Assembly (NCBI GenBank): GCA_947169815.1
Contig: CAMVRG010000001.1
Location: forward strand, 1-45,196
Source of the DNA: an uncultured Clostridia bacterium
GTDB lineage: Bacteria > Bacillota > Clostridia > Oscillospirales > Acutalibacteraceae
Reading direction: 5' to 3'
Length of the DNA: 45,196 nucleotides
Shown here piece after piece: positions 27,110 to 37,066 of this stretch. How positions within the stretch are numbered: the stretch's first letter is position 1; every line of letters starts with the position of its first letter. The notes beneath the pieces are model-generated. The model was not told the origin of the DNA, did no database searches, and was given only the letters and a program-made list of their open reading frames with translations. The position numbers and the translations under genes are program-made.

Positions 27110-28444
27110 ATGGCTAAAACAAAAATAGTTGCGGCGGGTGCTGCGCTCGTTGTACTTATAATAATCGCAGCGTTTTCAATGATGTCTATCGTTCAGTCCA
27201 AAACGGTAGCGGATGTTGAAAAGGCAGTTGTTACCGAGTCTAAAGAGGATGGCGCAAGCCTTAAATGGAAAAAGGTATCGGCGGCTGACGGATATTATAT
27301 CTATTGCAGCGAGGCCGATAAGGACGATTTTGAAAAGGTTGCAACCGTAAAGGGCGGCAATAAAAGGGAATATACCGTTGATAAGCTTGAGCAGGCTACT
27401 CCTTACGATTTTTACGTTACCGCATATAAGGATTCAAAGGATAACGTCGAAAGCAAGGAATATCAGGTGTTTTCAGCCTGTACAAAGCCCAAAAAGCAGA
27501 ACATATCGAAGATAGAATCTAACGACGCGGGAGTAATGAGTGTTGCGTGGGAGATTAATCCTAAGGCGCTCGGATATGAAATTCAGTATTACGAGGGCGA
27601 CGGAAAGGATTTCTCGAAGGCGCAGAGCGTTACCGTAGGCGATAAGGCGATAGGCGATTACAAATTCGATAAGCTGACCGCCGAAAAAACCTACGCCGCG
27701 AGGGTAAGAACCTACATAAAGTACGGCGAGGATAATATATACGGAGAGTGGAGCAAGGCGGCTTCGGTTAAAATAGCCAAGAAGATTGAAATGCCCGCTG
27801 ATCTGGATAAGAGTAAGCCTATGATTGCTCTTACCTTCGACGACGGACCTGGTTACAACCATTCCTCGGATAAAATACTTGACGTGCTTGAAAAGTATAA
27901 CGTGCGCGCAACCTTCTTTATGGTAGGCGAAAACGCTAAAGACCATCCCGAAAACCTGAAGCGTAAGGTTAAGCTTAAATGCGAGCTTGCAAATCACACC
28001 TGGAATCACGACCATTACGGCGCTAACGTTACGGCGGCTGATATTAAAAAAGCTACTGACGCGATTAAAAAGGCTTCGGGCGGCCACGTTCCTACGGCGT
28101 TCCGTTCCCCGGGCGGAAATACGACCGACACTATAAGAAAAGAGTGTAAGGCTGAGGGTATGCCGCTTTACTATTGGTCGCTTGATACTCAGGACTGGAA
28201 GTCGAGGAACGCCGACGCCGTATATAAAGCGGTTATGAATAACGTTCAGGACGGCGATATTATTCTTATGCACGAAATATACGACTCAACAGCCGAGGCG
28301 GTTGCAAGAATGGTACCCGAGCTTATTAAACAGGGATATCAGCTCGTAACATGTGAGGAACTCGTCCTCGCAAAGACGGGCAAGATGCCCGAGGCGGGTA
28401 CTCAGTATATGAATGCAACGACAATTAAAAACGAAACAAGTTAA
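27110..28444 (+). CDS. Polysaccharide/peptidoglycan deacetylase (CE4) with two FN3 domains
   Basis: ALTFDDGP, NHTWNH, FRSPGG, WSLDTQDW, IILMHE. Confidence 0.93.
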   Translation: MAKTKIVAAGAALVVLIIIAAFSMMSIVQSKTVADVEKAVVTESKEDGASLKWKKVSAADGYYIYCSEADKDDFEKVATVKGGNKREYTVDKLEQATPYDFYVTAYKDSKDNVESKEYQVFSACTKPKKQNISKIESNDAGVMSVAWEINPKALGYEIQYYEGDGKDFSKAQSVTVGDKAIGDYKFDKLTAEKTYAARVRTYIKYGEDNIYGEWSKAASVKIAKKIEMPADLDKSKPMIALTFDDGPGYNHSSDKILDVLEKYNVRATFFMVGENAKDHPENLKRKVKLKCELANHTWNHDHYGANVTAADIKKATDAIKKASGGHVPTAFRSPGGNTTDTIRKECKAEGMPLYYWSLDTQDWKSRNADAVYKAVMNNVQDGDIILMHEIYDSTAEAVARMVPELIKQGYQLVTCEELVLAKTGKMPEAGTQYMNATTIKNETS

Positions 28445-28450
28445 AATAAT

Positions 28451-28478
28451 AAACGGCAGGACGGACGTCCTGCCGTTT
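28451..28478. terminator. Bidirectional terminator
   Basis: AAACGGCAGGAC-GGAC-GTCCTGCCGTTT. Confidence 0.8.
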
Positions 28479-28482
28479 GATT

Positions 28483-30096
28483 TTAGTATTTTTTAAGCTG
28501 TTCCTCGTCGAAGGTTGAAAGGAATTCGTCGTAGCTTCCCTTACGGTCAACGTATTTATTGCCCGAAATTTCAATGATTCTGTCGGCTACCGTCTGAACG
28601 AACTGGTGGTCGTGAGAGGTAAAGAGAACCGTTTCGGGATAACGGATAAGTCCGTCGTTGAGCGCGGTAATTGATTCGAGGTCAAGGTGGTTGGTCGGCT
28701 CGTCAAATACGAGAACGTTTGCTCCCGATACCATCATTTTACACATCATACAACGCACTCTTTCTCCTCCGGAAAGCACCTTGCAGATTTTAAGCGCCTC
28801 GTCACCGGAGAATAACATTCTTCCGAGCCACGTTCTTATATCGCTTTCGTGCTGCTGGGTAGCGTCCGTGTACTGTCTGAGCCAGTCAACGAGGTTCAGC
28901 TCGTTTCCGTCAAAATATGCGCTGTTATCGCTCGGGAAGTAGCTCTGGGTAGTAGTTACGCCCCATTTATATGAGCCCTCGTCGGGTTCCATTTCGCCCA
29001 TAATGATTTTAAAAAGAGTAGTTTTTGCAACGGCGTCGGAGCCTACGAAGGCAACCTTTTCTCTCGGATGGATAACGAAGGAGATATCGTCGAGAACCTT
29101 TCTGTCGCCGATTGTCTTTGTAAGGTGGTCAACGCGGAGAAGGTCGTTTCCGCACTCTCTGTCGGGCTTAAAGTCAACGTAGGGGAAACGTCTTGAACTT
29201 ACGGGCATCTCAAACATTTCAAGCGCGTCGAGCTGCTTTTTACGGCTCGTTGCCTGCTTTGATTTAGCGGCGTTTGCGGAGAAACGGTTAATGAAATCCT
29301 GTAATTCCTTAATCTTCTGTTCGTTCTTTTTATTCTGGTCGCGCATCTGGCGCTGACGCATCTGGGTATATTCATACCAGAAATCGTAGTTACCCGTATA
29401 AAGAGTAATCTTTCCGTAGTCAACGTCACAGATATGGGTACATACCTTATTAAGGAAATGTCTGTCGTGCGATACAACGATAACCGTGTTTTCAAAATCA
29501 AGAAGGAAATTCTCAAGCCAGCTGATTGCGGCGAGGTCAAGGTGGTTGGTCGGCTCGTCGAGAAGAAGAATATCGGGATTACCGAAAAGCGCCTGAGCAA
29601 GAAGAACCTTAACCTTTAAATCGGAGGGAAGCTCAGCCATTTTCATAAAATGGTATTCGTCTGATACGCCGAGCTTATTGAGCATAAATTCAGCGTCGCT
29701 TTCAGCCGTCCAGCCGTCAAGGTCGGCGAATTCCGCTTCAAGCTCGCCCGCTCTGATTCCGTCCTCTTCCGAAAAATCGGGCTTCATATAAAGCGCGTCC
29801 TTTTCCTCCATTATCTCGATAAGACGGGGGTTACCCATAAGAACGGTTCTTACAACCTCGTATTCGTCGTAAGCGAAATGGTCCTGCTTTAATACGGAAA
29901 GCCTTTCGCCGGGGGTAATACTGATATCGCCCTTGCTCGGCTCAAGGTCGCCCGAAAGCACCTTGAGGAAGGTCGACTTTCCCGCGCCGTTAGCGCCGAT
30001 TATTCCGTAACAGTTACCCGCGGAAAACACAACGTTAACGCCTTCAAACAGCGCTCTTCCGCCGAACTGAACCGAAATATTGTTAGCCTGAATCAT
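28483..30096 (-). CDS. ABC-F family ATPase (YbiT/YkpA-like)
   Basis: Two NBDs, GANGAGKST, DEPTNHLD twice, no TM. Confidence 0.92.
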   Translation of the reverse strand: MIQANNISVQFGGRALFEGVNVVFSAGNCYGIIGANGAGKSTFLKVLSGDLEPSKGDISITPGERLSVLKQDHFAYDEYEVVRTVLMGNPRLIEIMEEKDALYMKPDFSEEDGIRAGELEAEFADLDGWTAESDAEFMLNKLGVSDEYHFMKMAELPSDLKVKVLLAQALFGNPDILLLDEPTNHLDLAAISWLENFLLDFENTVIVVSHDRHFLNKVCTHICDVDYGKITLYTGNYDFWYEYTQMRQRQMRDQNKKNEQKIKELQDFINRFSANAAKSKQATSRKKQLDALEMFEMPVSSRRFPYVDFKPDRECGNDLLRVDHLTKTIGDRKVLDDISFVIHPREKVAFVGSDAVAKTTLFKIIMGEMEPDEGSYKWGVTTTQSYFPSDNSAYFDGNELNLVDWLRQYTDATQQHESDIRTWLGRMLFSGDEALKICKVLSGGERVRCMMCKMMVSGANVLVFDEPTNHLDLESITALNDGLIRYPETVLFTSHDHQFVQTVADRIIEISGNKYVDRKGSYDEFLSTFDEEQLKKY

Positions 30097-30204
30097 AAGA
30101 ATTCCTCCGTTTGATTTTTGTGCGCAGAGATTATAACATAATTATTGCAATTATGCAACTCTTGTGATAAGATAATTTTATAAAATTTTAAGGAGGACAA
30201 AACT

Positions 30205-31182
30205 ATGATTAAAGCAGGAATTTTAGGCTACGGCAACCTCGGACGCGGCGTAGAGGCTGCCATTAAAAAGAACGGCGATATCGAGCTTTGCGCGGTATAT
30301 ACAAGGCGTGACCCCGCCTCGCTTACGATAGCGACCGAGGGCGTTCCCGTAAAGAGCGTCGCCGACCTTGACGGCGGAGAAGAGGATATAGACGTTCTCA
30401 TTATCTGCGGCGGCTCGGCTACCGATTTGCCCGAAATGACCCCGAAATATGCGGCGCTCTATAACGTTATAGATTCCTTCGATACCCACGCTAATATTCC
30501 CGTTCATTTTGAAAATGTCGACAAAGCGGCTAAGTCGGCGGGCAAAGCGGGAATAATATCCTGCGGTTGGGACCCGGGTATGTTCTCGCTCAACAGACTT
30601 TATATGAGCGCAATTCTTCCCGACGGAAAGGATTATACCTTCTGGGGCAAGGGCGTAAGCCAGGGCCATTCCGACGCGGTAAGAAGAATTGACGGCGTTC
30701 TCGACGCAAGACAGTATACTATCCCCGTACCCTCTGCGCTTGAAAAGGTAAGAAACGGCGAAAACCCCGAACTCACCACCCGTGAGAAGCACACGAGAGA
30801 GTGCTTCGTAGTAGCCGAGGACGGCGCCGACCTTGAAAGAATTGAAAATGAAATCAAGACGATGCCGAATTACTTTTCGGATTACGATACTACCGTACAT
30901 TTTATCTCAGCCGAGGAAATGAAGCGCGACCACAGCGGACTTCCTCACGGCGGCTCGGTTATCTATTCTGGCGAAACGAGCGACGGAGTAAATCACGTTA
31001 TCGAGTATAGCTTAAAGCTCGATTCAAACCCCGAATTCACGGGCTCGGTAATCGTTGCTTACGCAAGAGCCCTTGCAAGACTTAACGCCGAGGGAAAAAC
31101 CGGAGCTATGACGGTATTTGATATTGCCCCCGCATACCTTTCCTCAAAATCGGGCGAGGAGCTGCGCGCGCACTCGTTATAA
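30205..31182 (+). CDS. ddh: meso-Diaminopimelate D-dehydrogenase
   Basis: GYGNLG, DSFDTH, GWDPG, TFWG.GVSQGHSDA, NPEFT. Confidence 0.96.
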   Translation: MIKAGILGYGNLGRGVEAAIKKNGDIELCAVYTRRDPASLTIATEGVPVKSVADLDGGEEDIDVLIICGGSATDLPEMTPKYAALYNVIDSFDTHANIPVHFENVDKAAKSAGKAGIISCGWDPGMFSLNRLYMSAILPDGKDYTFWGKGVSQGHSDAVRRIDGVLDARQYTIPVPSALEKVRNGENPELTTREKHTRECFVVAEDGADLERIENEIKTMPNYFSDYDTTVHFISAEEMKRDHSGLPHGGSVIYSGETSDGVNHVIEYSLKLDSNPEFTGSVIVAYARALARLNAEGKTGAMTVFDIAPAYLSSKSGEELRAHSL

Positions 31183-31224
31183 TAACCGTTTTACAATCCC
31201 GTTATAATATGATATAATCTTATT

Positions 31225-31911
31225 ATGGTTATTGACGGAATTGAAATTGAAATTCAGAAAAAGAATATTAAAAATCTGCACCTTTACGTCAAACCGCCTG
31301 ACGCAAGGGTGCTTATTACTTGTCCGAAGAGATTAAGCAGTAAAGAGCTTGAAGGCTTTGTACTGAGGCATAGTGAATGGATTAAAAGAAAGCGCGCCGA
31401 GGTGCTGAGCAGACAGAGGGAAACTACCCCAAAATGCTCATATAAAACGGGCGGGAGCTTTTATCTCTGGGGAAAAGAGTATAAGGTTATTACTGAAAAC
31501 GCAAAGCGCTTTTCCGCTCATACTGTCGAAAATACAGTTTGTTTAGCTTATCCCGACAATATGAGCGAAGAAAAGCTCGAAGCTCATATTAAGGAGTTTT
31601 ACCGCGCCGAGCTTAAAAAGAAAATCGACGTTCTCTTACCCTTATGGGAGAAAAGGACGGGGCTATACTGCTCGTCTTATCAGACAAAGGATATGAAAAC
31701 GCGGTGGGGAACGTGCAATACAAAAACTAAAAAGCTCTGGTTTTCCCTTCGCCTTGCAAAAAATGACGGGGAGTTTTTAAACTACGTTATTCTTCACGAG
31801 CTTGCTCATACCGCCGTCCCCAATCACTCGGCGGACTTTAAAGCAATTCTTTATAAATATATGCCGACTTTCAGGGAAACCGAAATAAAAATGAAAAAAG
31901 AGGCTCTTTAA
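31225..31911 (+). CDS. YgjP/M48-like (DUF45) metal-dependent hydrolase
   Basis: MKTRWGTC, YVILHELAH, NHS..F. Confidence 0.9.
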   Translation: MVIDGIEIEIQKKNIKNLHLYVKPPDARVLITCPKRLSSKELEGFVLRHSEWIKRKRAEVLSRQRETTPKCSYKTGGSFYLWGKEYKVITENAKRFSAHTVENTVCLAYPDNMSEEKLEAHIKEFYRAELKKKIDVLLPLWEKRTGLYCSSYQTKDMKTRWGTCNTKTKKLWFSLRLAKNDGEFLNYVILHELAHTAVPNHSADFKAILYKYMPTFRETEIKMKKEAL

Positions 31912-31956
31912 TATTTGTTTAATGTTGAAAATTAAAATGTTAAACGGGTGATAAAT

Positions 31957-32640
31957 ATGAGAATTTTAATAGTTGAAGACGAATACAAGCTCGCCGACGT
32001 AGTTGCAGCGAGACTTAAAAAGGAAAACTACGAGGTCGATATTTCAACCGACGGCGAGGACGGGCTCTATAACGCCGAAAGCGGAATTTACGATTTAATC
32101 ATCCTCGACGTAATGCTTCCGAAAATGAACGGCTTTGAAATCCTGAAGGAAATCCGCGAGGAAAAGATTGAGTCAAAGGTAATAATGCTTACCGCAAAGT
32201 CTATGCTTGAGGATAAGCTCGAGGGACTGACGGGAGGCGCTAACGATTACGTTACAAAGCCGTTTCATATAGACGAGCTTGTGGCAAGGGTAAATTTACA
32301 GTTAAGAGTCGATAACTCGGCGCCGAAAAAGGATTATATCGAGTTCGGCGATTTACAGCTTAATACAAAAAGCTCAAAGCTTATCTGTACCGCCTCGGGC
32401 GAGGAGATATCGGTAATTAACAAGGAATTTCAGCTTCTTGAATACTTTATTACAAACGCAAATCAGATTTTATCAAAGGATATGATTTACGATAAGGTCT
32501 GGGGCTACGATAACGAAATTGAATCAAATAACCTTGAGGCGTATCTTTCGTTTATACGCCGTAAGCTCAAGGCGATTGATTCAAAGGTAAATATTAAAGC
32601 GGTACGCGGTATGGGTTACAGAATGGAGACGGCGCAGTGA
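31957..32640 (+). CDS. OmpR-family response regulator (CiaR-like)
   Basis: ILIVEDE, LDVMLP, KPF, wHTH with VRGMGY. Confidence 0.95.
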   Translation: MRILIVEDEYKLADVVAARLKKENYEVDISTDGEDGLYNAESGIYDLIILDVMLPKMNGFEILKEIREEKIESKVIMLTAKSMLEDKLEGLTGGANDYVTKPFHIDELVARVNLQLRVDNSAPKKDYIEFGDLQLNTKSSKLICTASGEEISVINKEFQLLEYFITNANQILSKDMIYDKVWGYDNEIESNNLEAYLSFIRRKLKAIDSKVNIKAVRGMGYRMETAQ

Positions 32641-33848
32641 AAAAACTGAAAAACAAGGTGTTCAGCGTAGTTTTTCTGATTATGACGTTTATTACGGTTG
32701 CGGTAGTTGCGGCTTATAATTTTCAGTTTTATAATCAGCAGGAAAAAAGCGTTGAACGCGGACTGAGTCAGACGATGTTTGAAAAATTTGATATGTTCGA
32801 CAAGCGCGAAGGTAATGCCCCCGACGATTCCGAATTCGGGAACCTGCGTTTTATGGACACTACGGTTTATACTGTCCTTCTCGACAGCGATAATAACGTA
32901 ACGGCGGTAATCAATCATTCCGAGGGCGAGATACCCGACGATATTATTTCACTTGCCGAAAGCGTTGTAAACAGCTCGGTAAAAGAAAAAACGGGTAATC
33001 TTTACTATACAAGGTATTCTTACCGTTTAACCGATTATTCGTATATAACGATTGTGGATAACTCAAATACTAACCGTGTTCTTCAGACTACGCTGTTTAT
33101 AAGCCTGCTTGTGCTTTTACTTCTTGAAACGGCTATTTTCCTTATTTCAAGACGTATTGCGGTATGGATAGCCCAGCCCGTGGCGGAGAGCTTTGATAAG
33201 CAGAAACGCTTCATAGCCGACGCCTCTCACGAGCTGAAAACCCCGCTTTCGGTAATAATTGCGAGCGCCGACGCGCTTGAAAGCAACCCCGAGGAAAAGC
33301 AGTGGCTTGAAAACATAAAGAGCGAAAGCGACAGAATGAATAAGCTTATAGCCGACCTTTTAGAGCTTGCTAAAAGCGAGGAGGTTAACGAGGCGGGCGC
33401 GTTTACCGTTGGCAATCTCTCAAAACTCGTTGAAAAGAGCGCGCTTACCTTTGAGAGTGTAATGTTTGAAAAGGGAATAACGCTTAACGATATTATTCAG
33501 GATAATATAATGTTTAATATGAACGAGTCTAAAATGCAGCAGCTCGTTTCAATCCTTCTTGACAACGCAGTTAAGCACAGCGAAAACGGCAGCGCAATTC
33601 TTGTTGAATTAAAGCAGGATAAGGATATTACCCTGAGCGTAACAAACGCTGGCGAGGGCATACCTAAGGGCGAGGAGGAAAAAATCTTCGAGCGCTTCTA
33701 CCGCGCCGACGAGTCGAGAAACCGAAACGAAAACCGCTACGGCTTAGGACTTGCGATAGCTAAAAATATTGTAACAGCGCACGGCGGAACGATTTCGGCT
33801 AAAAGCGAAAACGGATATACAACCTTTAAAGCAGTTTTTAAAGATTAA
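32637..33848 (+). CDS. Sensor histidine kinase
   Basis: Two TMs, ASHELKTP, DNAVKH, IFERFYR, GLGLAI. Confidence 0.95.
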   Translation: MKKLKNKVFSVVFLIMTFITVAVVAAYNFQFYNQQEKSVERGLSQTMFEKFDMFDKREGNAPDDSEFGNLRFMDTTVYTVLLDSDNNVTAVINHSEGEIPDDIISLAESVVNSSVKEKTGNLYYTRYSYRLTDYSYITIVDNSNTNRVLQTTLFISLLVLLLLETAIFLISRRIAVWIAQPVAESFDKQKRFIADASHELKTPLSVIIASADALESNPEEKQWLENIKSESDRMNKLIADLLELAKSEEVNEAGAFTVGNLSKLVEKSALTFESVMFEKGITLNDIIQDNIMFNMNESKMQQLVSILLDNAVKHSENGSAILVELKQDKDITLSVTNAGEGIPKGEEEKIFERFYRADESRNRNENRYGLGLAIAKNIVTAHGGTISAKSENGYTTFKAVFKD

Positions 33849-33926
33849 TAAGTCCTGATAAGGACACGGAATCAATAAAACGGTATGGCGACGGCTATGC
33901 CGTTTTTATGTTTTTATGATTATACC

Positions 33927-33973
33927 TTGACAAAAAGATGAAATTCGAGTATGATTAGTTATACAAATCATAC
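33927..33973 (+). promoter_or_regulatory. Sigma-A promoter with overlapping palindromic operator
   Basis: TTGACA-17 nt-TATGAT; GTATGATT-9 nt-AATCATAC. Confidence 0.7.
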
Positions 33974-33991
33974 TTTTAAGGAGGGCTTATT

Positions 33992-34210
33992 ATGCCTAAG
34001 CCGAAGGGAAAGCATGCATGGACCGCCACGGTTGGCGAGAAAGGACAAATCGTTATACCGAAACAGGCAAGAGAACTGTTCGATATTCAGCCCGGGGATA
34101 CATTAGTACTTTTAGGCGATGAGAAGCGAGGAATTGCAATTCCGCCGAAAACGACGTTCTCAAAGTTCGCAGCTGCGATATTTGAAAACGATGAGGAGGA
34201 TGAAAAATGA
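33992..34210 (+). CDS. AbrB/MazE/SpoVT-family DNA-binding protein
   Basis: VGEKGQIVIPKQARELFDIQPGD. Confidence 0.9.
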   Translation: MPKPKGKHAWTATVGEKGQIVIPKQARELFDIQPGDTLVLLGDEKRGIAIPPKTTFSKFAAAIFENDEEDEK

Positions 34211-34926
34211 CGCTTTGCAACGTTAAGAATTTAAGTAAATCGTACCCCTCTTTTTTGCTGTCTGACGTTTCTTTTAATCTAAACGCAGGAAGAATTACGG
34301 GCTTTATCGGGAGAAACGGAGCAGGGAAAACGACTACGATAAAATCCGTTTTAGGGCTTGTCCACGCCGATTGCGGTGAAATATATTATTTTGATTTGCC
34401 TTTTTCGGAAAACGAGAGAGATATAAAGCAGCGAATCGGCTTTTCAACGGGGGCAGTCAATTATTATCCGAAAAAGAAAATAAAGGATATCGTTGAAATA
34501 ACGAAAACCTTTTACCAGAACTGGGATGAAGATGCATACAGAGAGTATCTTGAACTGTTTTCGCTCGATGAAAACAAAATGCCCTGCGAGCTTTCGGAGG
34601 GAATGAAGGTAAAATTCAATCTTCTTCTCGCTCTTTCGCACAGGGCGGAAATTCTGATTTTAGACGAGCCGACAAGCGGGCTTGACCCGTTTTCAAGGGA
34701 CGAGCTTCTTGAGATATTTATTGAATTGAAAAACAGAGGCGTTGCAGTATTGTTTTCAACGCATATCACCTCCGATATAGAAAAATGCGCTGACGACATT
34801 ATGTACATCAGAAAGGGCAAACTCGTTGTCAACTGTTCAAAGGATGAATTCTGTGAAAACTGCTGCAAAGACGGGGAAACGCTTGAAGAAGCTATATTGA
34901 GAATGGAAAAGGAAGATAGTATATGA
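34207..34926 (+). CDS. ABC transporter ATP-binding protein
   Basis: GRNGAGKTT, LSEGM, LDEPTSGLD, STH. Confidence 0.93.
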   Translation: MTLCNVKNLSKSYPSFLLSDVSFNLNAGRITGFIGRNGAGKTTTIKSVLGLVHADCGEIYYFDLPFSENERDIKQRIGFSTGAVNYYPKKKIKDIVEITKTFYQNWDEDAYREYLELFSLDENKMPCELSEGMKVKFNLLLALSHRAEILILDEPTSGLDPFSRDELLEIFIELKNRGVAVLFSTHITSDIEKCADDIMYIRKGKLVVNCSKDEFCENCCKDGETLEEAILRMEKEDSI

Positions 34927-35576
34927 TTAATCTTATAAAAAAAGAAATGAAGCTTGCAGCTTCTCCTCTTTCATATATATTTATTGCTTTTGGATTAATG
35001 GCGTTTTTGCCAGGTTATCCTATATTGGTAGGCTCATTTTTCGTATGTCTCGGACTGTTTCAGTCGTTTCAGGGTATGAGAGAAGCTAACGATATTACGT
35101 ATACCGCCCTTTTACCCGTTGCCAAGGGCGATATAGTAAGGGCAAAATATATGTTTTGTATTATTATAGAAGTCTGTTATTTCGCTATTACTTCTATACC
35201 TGTACTCGTTCGTATGACGGTATTATCCGACGCTTCCGTATACCGAAACAATGCTCTGATGAACGCAAATCTTGTATATCTTGGCTATGTACTTCTGATT
35301 CTGGGACTTTTTAATCTTGTATTTGTCGGAGGATTTTTTAAGACAGCATATAAATTTGCGAAACCTTTTATCGCATTTATTGCCGTCGCTTTTATAGTTG
35401 TAGGAGCAGCCGAAACGCTTATTCACGTTCCGACGTTTTCGGACTTGAACGCCTTTGGCTTTACGCACATAAAACTGCAAATAAGCGCTCTGATAATGGG
35501 AGTAACAGCATATATATTGCTTACGGCGGTATCTATGAGGCGTGCAGTAAAAAGCTTCAATCGGATTGACCTATAA
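34923..35576 (+). CDS. ABC-2-type permease
   Basis: About six TMs; LPV.K.DIV.AKY. Confidence 0.85.
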   Translation: MINLIKKEMKLAASPLSYIFIAFGLMAFLPGYPILVGSFFVCLGLFQSFQGMREANDITYTALLPVAKGDIVRAKYMFCIIIEVCYFAITSIPVLVRMTVLSDASVYRNNALMNANLVYLGYVLLILGLFNLVFVGGFFKTAYKFAKPFIAFIAVAFIVVGAAETLIHVPTFSDLNAFGFTHIKLQISALIMGVTAYILLTAVSMRRAVKSFNRIDL

Positions 35577-35735
35577 CTGTTTTGTATCATTTAGATTCGG
35601 GCTTTTATAAAGGCTCAGGTGGAGACGTTTTTTATTAAACGTCTCTTTTTTCGTTTTTAATTTTCGTTTAAGATATGTGATGTATTGTATACTCAACAAA
35701 GGAAATACTTTGAATAATACTAAAGGAGTAAAACT

Positions 35736-37046
35736 ATGAAACGTACACACATTATTATAGTTATTTTAATCTTTATTGTATCGGGACTCGCGAGCGCGGG
35801 CTTTGCGCTGAATAATTCTCAAAGCCGACAGGGCGGTTTTTCGGACCCTCCGTCAATGCAGAGCAGCGAAAGCGTAAGCGCCTCGGGCTCAAAAACCGTT
35901 AATAGCGACGAAACGCTGAGCGATAACTATTCCTCGACCTCCTCCGACGAAAGCGCAATTCTTGTAACAAACGGCTCAAACGCAACAATAAGCGGCGCTA
36001 CGGTAACCAAGACGGGCGACTCAACTAATACCGAAAACTCGGAATTTAATGGAGTCAACGCGGGTATTCTCGTTCAGGAGGGCTCAACGGCAACTATTAA
36101 AAACGCGGATATTTCAACCGACGCGAAGGGCGCAAATGCCGTATTCGCAACGGGCGAAAACGCAAAGATTTATATAAGCGACTCAACTATTAACACTACG
36201 GGCTCGGGCTCAGCGAGAGGGCTTGACGCTACCTACGGCGGATATATCGAGGCGGATAACGTTAAGATTACGACTCAGGGCGGCTCCTGCGCAACTCTTG
36301 CAACCGACAGGGGCGAGGGTACCGTAATCGCTAAAAACTCAACGCTTGAAACTAACGGAGCGGGCTCGCCCGTGATATATTCGACGGGAGATATAAGCAT
36401 TGAAAATACAACGGGTTCGGCAAACGGCTCACAGATGGTCGTAATCGAGGGTAAAAACTCCGCTACTGTTACATCCTCAACCCTTACCGCAAGCGGTATC
36501 GGTAACAGAAATAACGTCGATAAATGCGGAATTATGATTTATCAGTCCATGTCGGGCGACGCGGGCGAGGGTACGGGAACCTTTACCGCCACAGATTCAA
36601 GCCTTGGTATCAGCGAAAATTCAGACGTTTATAAAACAGCCCCGATGTTCTTTATTACGAATACAGACGCGGTAATAAATCTTAAAAACACAAAGCTCTC
36701 CTACGGCAGCGGCGTTCTTATAAGCGCTAAAGCGACCGACGAGTGGGGAAACAGCGGCTCAAACGGCGGTAACGTAACCCTTAATGCCGAAAGCCAGAGC
36801 CTGACGGGCAATATCGAAGCGGACAGCATTTCAACAGTTTCGTTAAATCTTACAAATTCAGCATATGAGGGTACAGTTAATGCGGACAATTCCGCAAAGG
36901 AAATAAGTCTCAAGCTCGATAAAAACTCAAAAATCAAGCTTACGGGCGATTCTTACGTTACCTCGCTTGACAATGCTGACGAGTCGAATTCAAATATAGA
37001 TTTTAACGGCTTTACACTCTATGTAAACGGAAAAGCCGTGAACTGA
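35736..37046 (+). CDS. Secreted Ser/Thr/Asn-rich beta-helix protein
   Basis: Signal/TM; repeating I.T.G..A..V strands; ends in NGFTLYVNG. Confidence 0.75.
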   Translation: MKRTHIIIVILIFIVSGLASAGFALNNSQSRQGGFSDPPSMQSSESVSASGSKTVNSDETLSDNYSSTSSDESAILVTNGSNATISGATVTKTGDSTNTENSEFNGVNAGILVQEGSTATIKNADISTDAKGANAVFATGENAKIYISDSTINTTGSGSARGLDATYGGYIEADNVKITTQGGSCATLATDRGEGTVIAKNSTLETNGAGSPVIYSTGDISIENTTGSANGSQMVVIEGKNSATVTSSTLTASGIGNRNNVDKCGIMIYQSMSGDAGEGTGTFTATDSSLGISENSDVYKTAPMFFITNTDAVINLKNTKLSYGSGVLISAKATDEWGNSGSNGGNVTLNAESQSLTGNIEADSISTVSLNLTNSAYEGTVNADNSAKEISLKLDKNSKIKLTGDSYVTSLDNADESNSNIDFNGFTLYVNGKAVN

Positions 37047-37066
37047 AAGTAAGGGAGTCTTCTCCC

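Noticed and set aside
27473-30900. Long antisense ORFs (266 aa and 225 aa) over the deacetylase and ddh
   Set aside because: No recognisable motifs; they fully overlap well-supported genes.
33992-34210. MazE-type toxin-antitoxin pair
   Set aside because: The downstream gene is an ABC ATPase, not a toxin.
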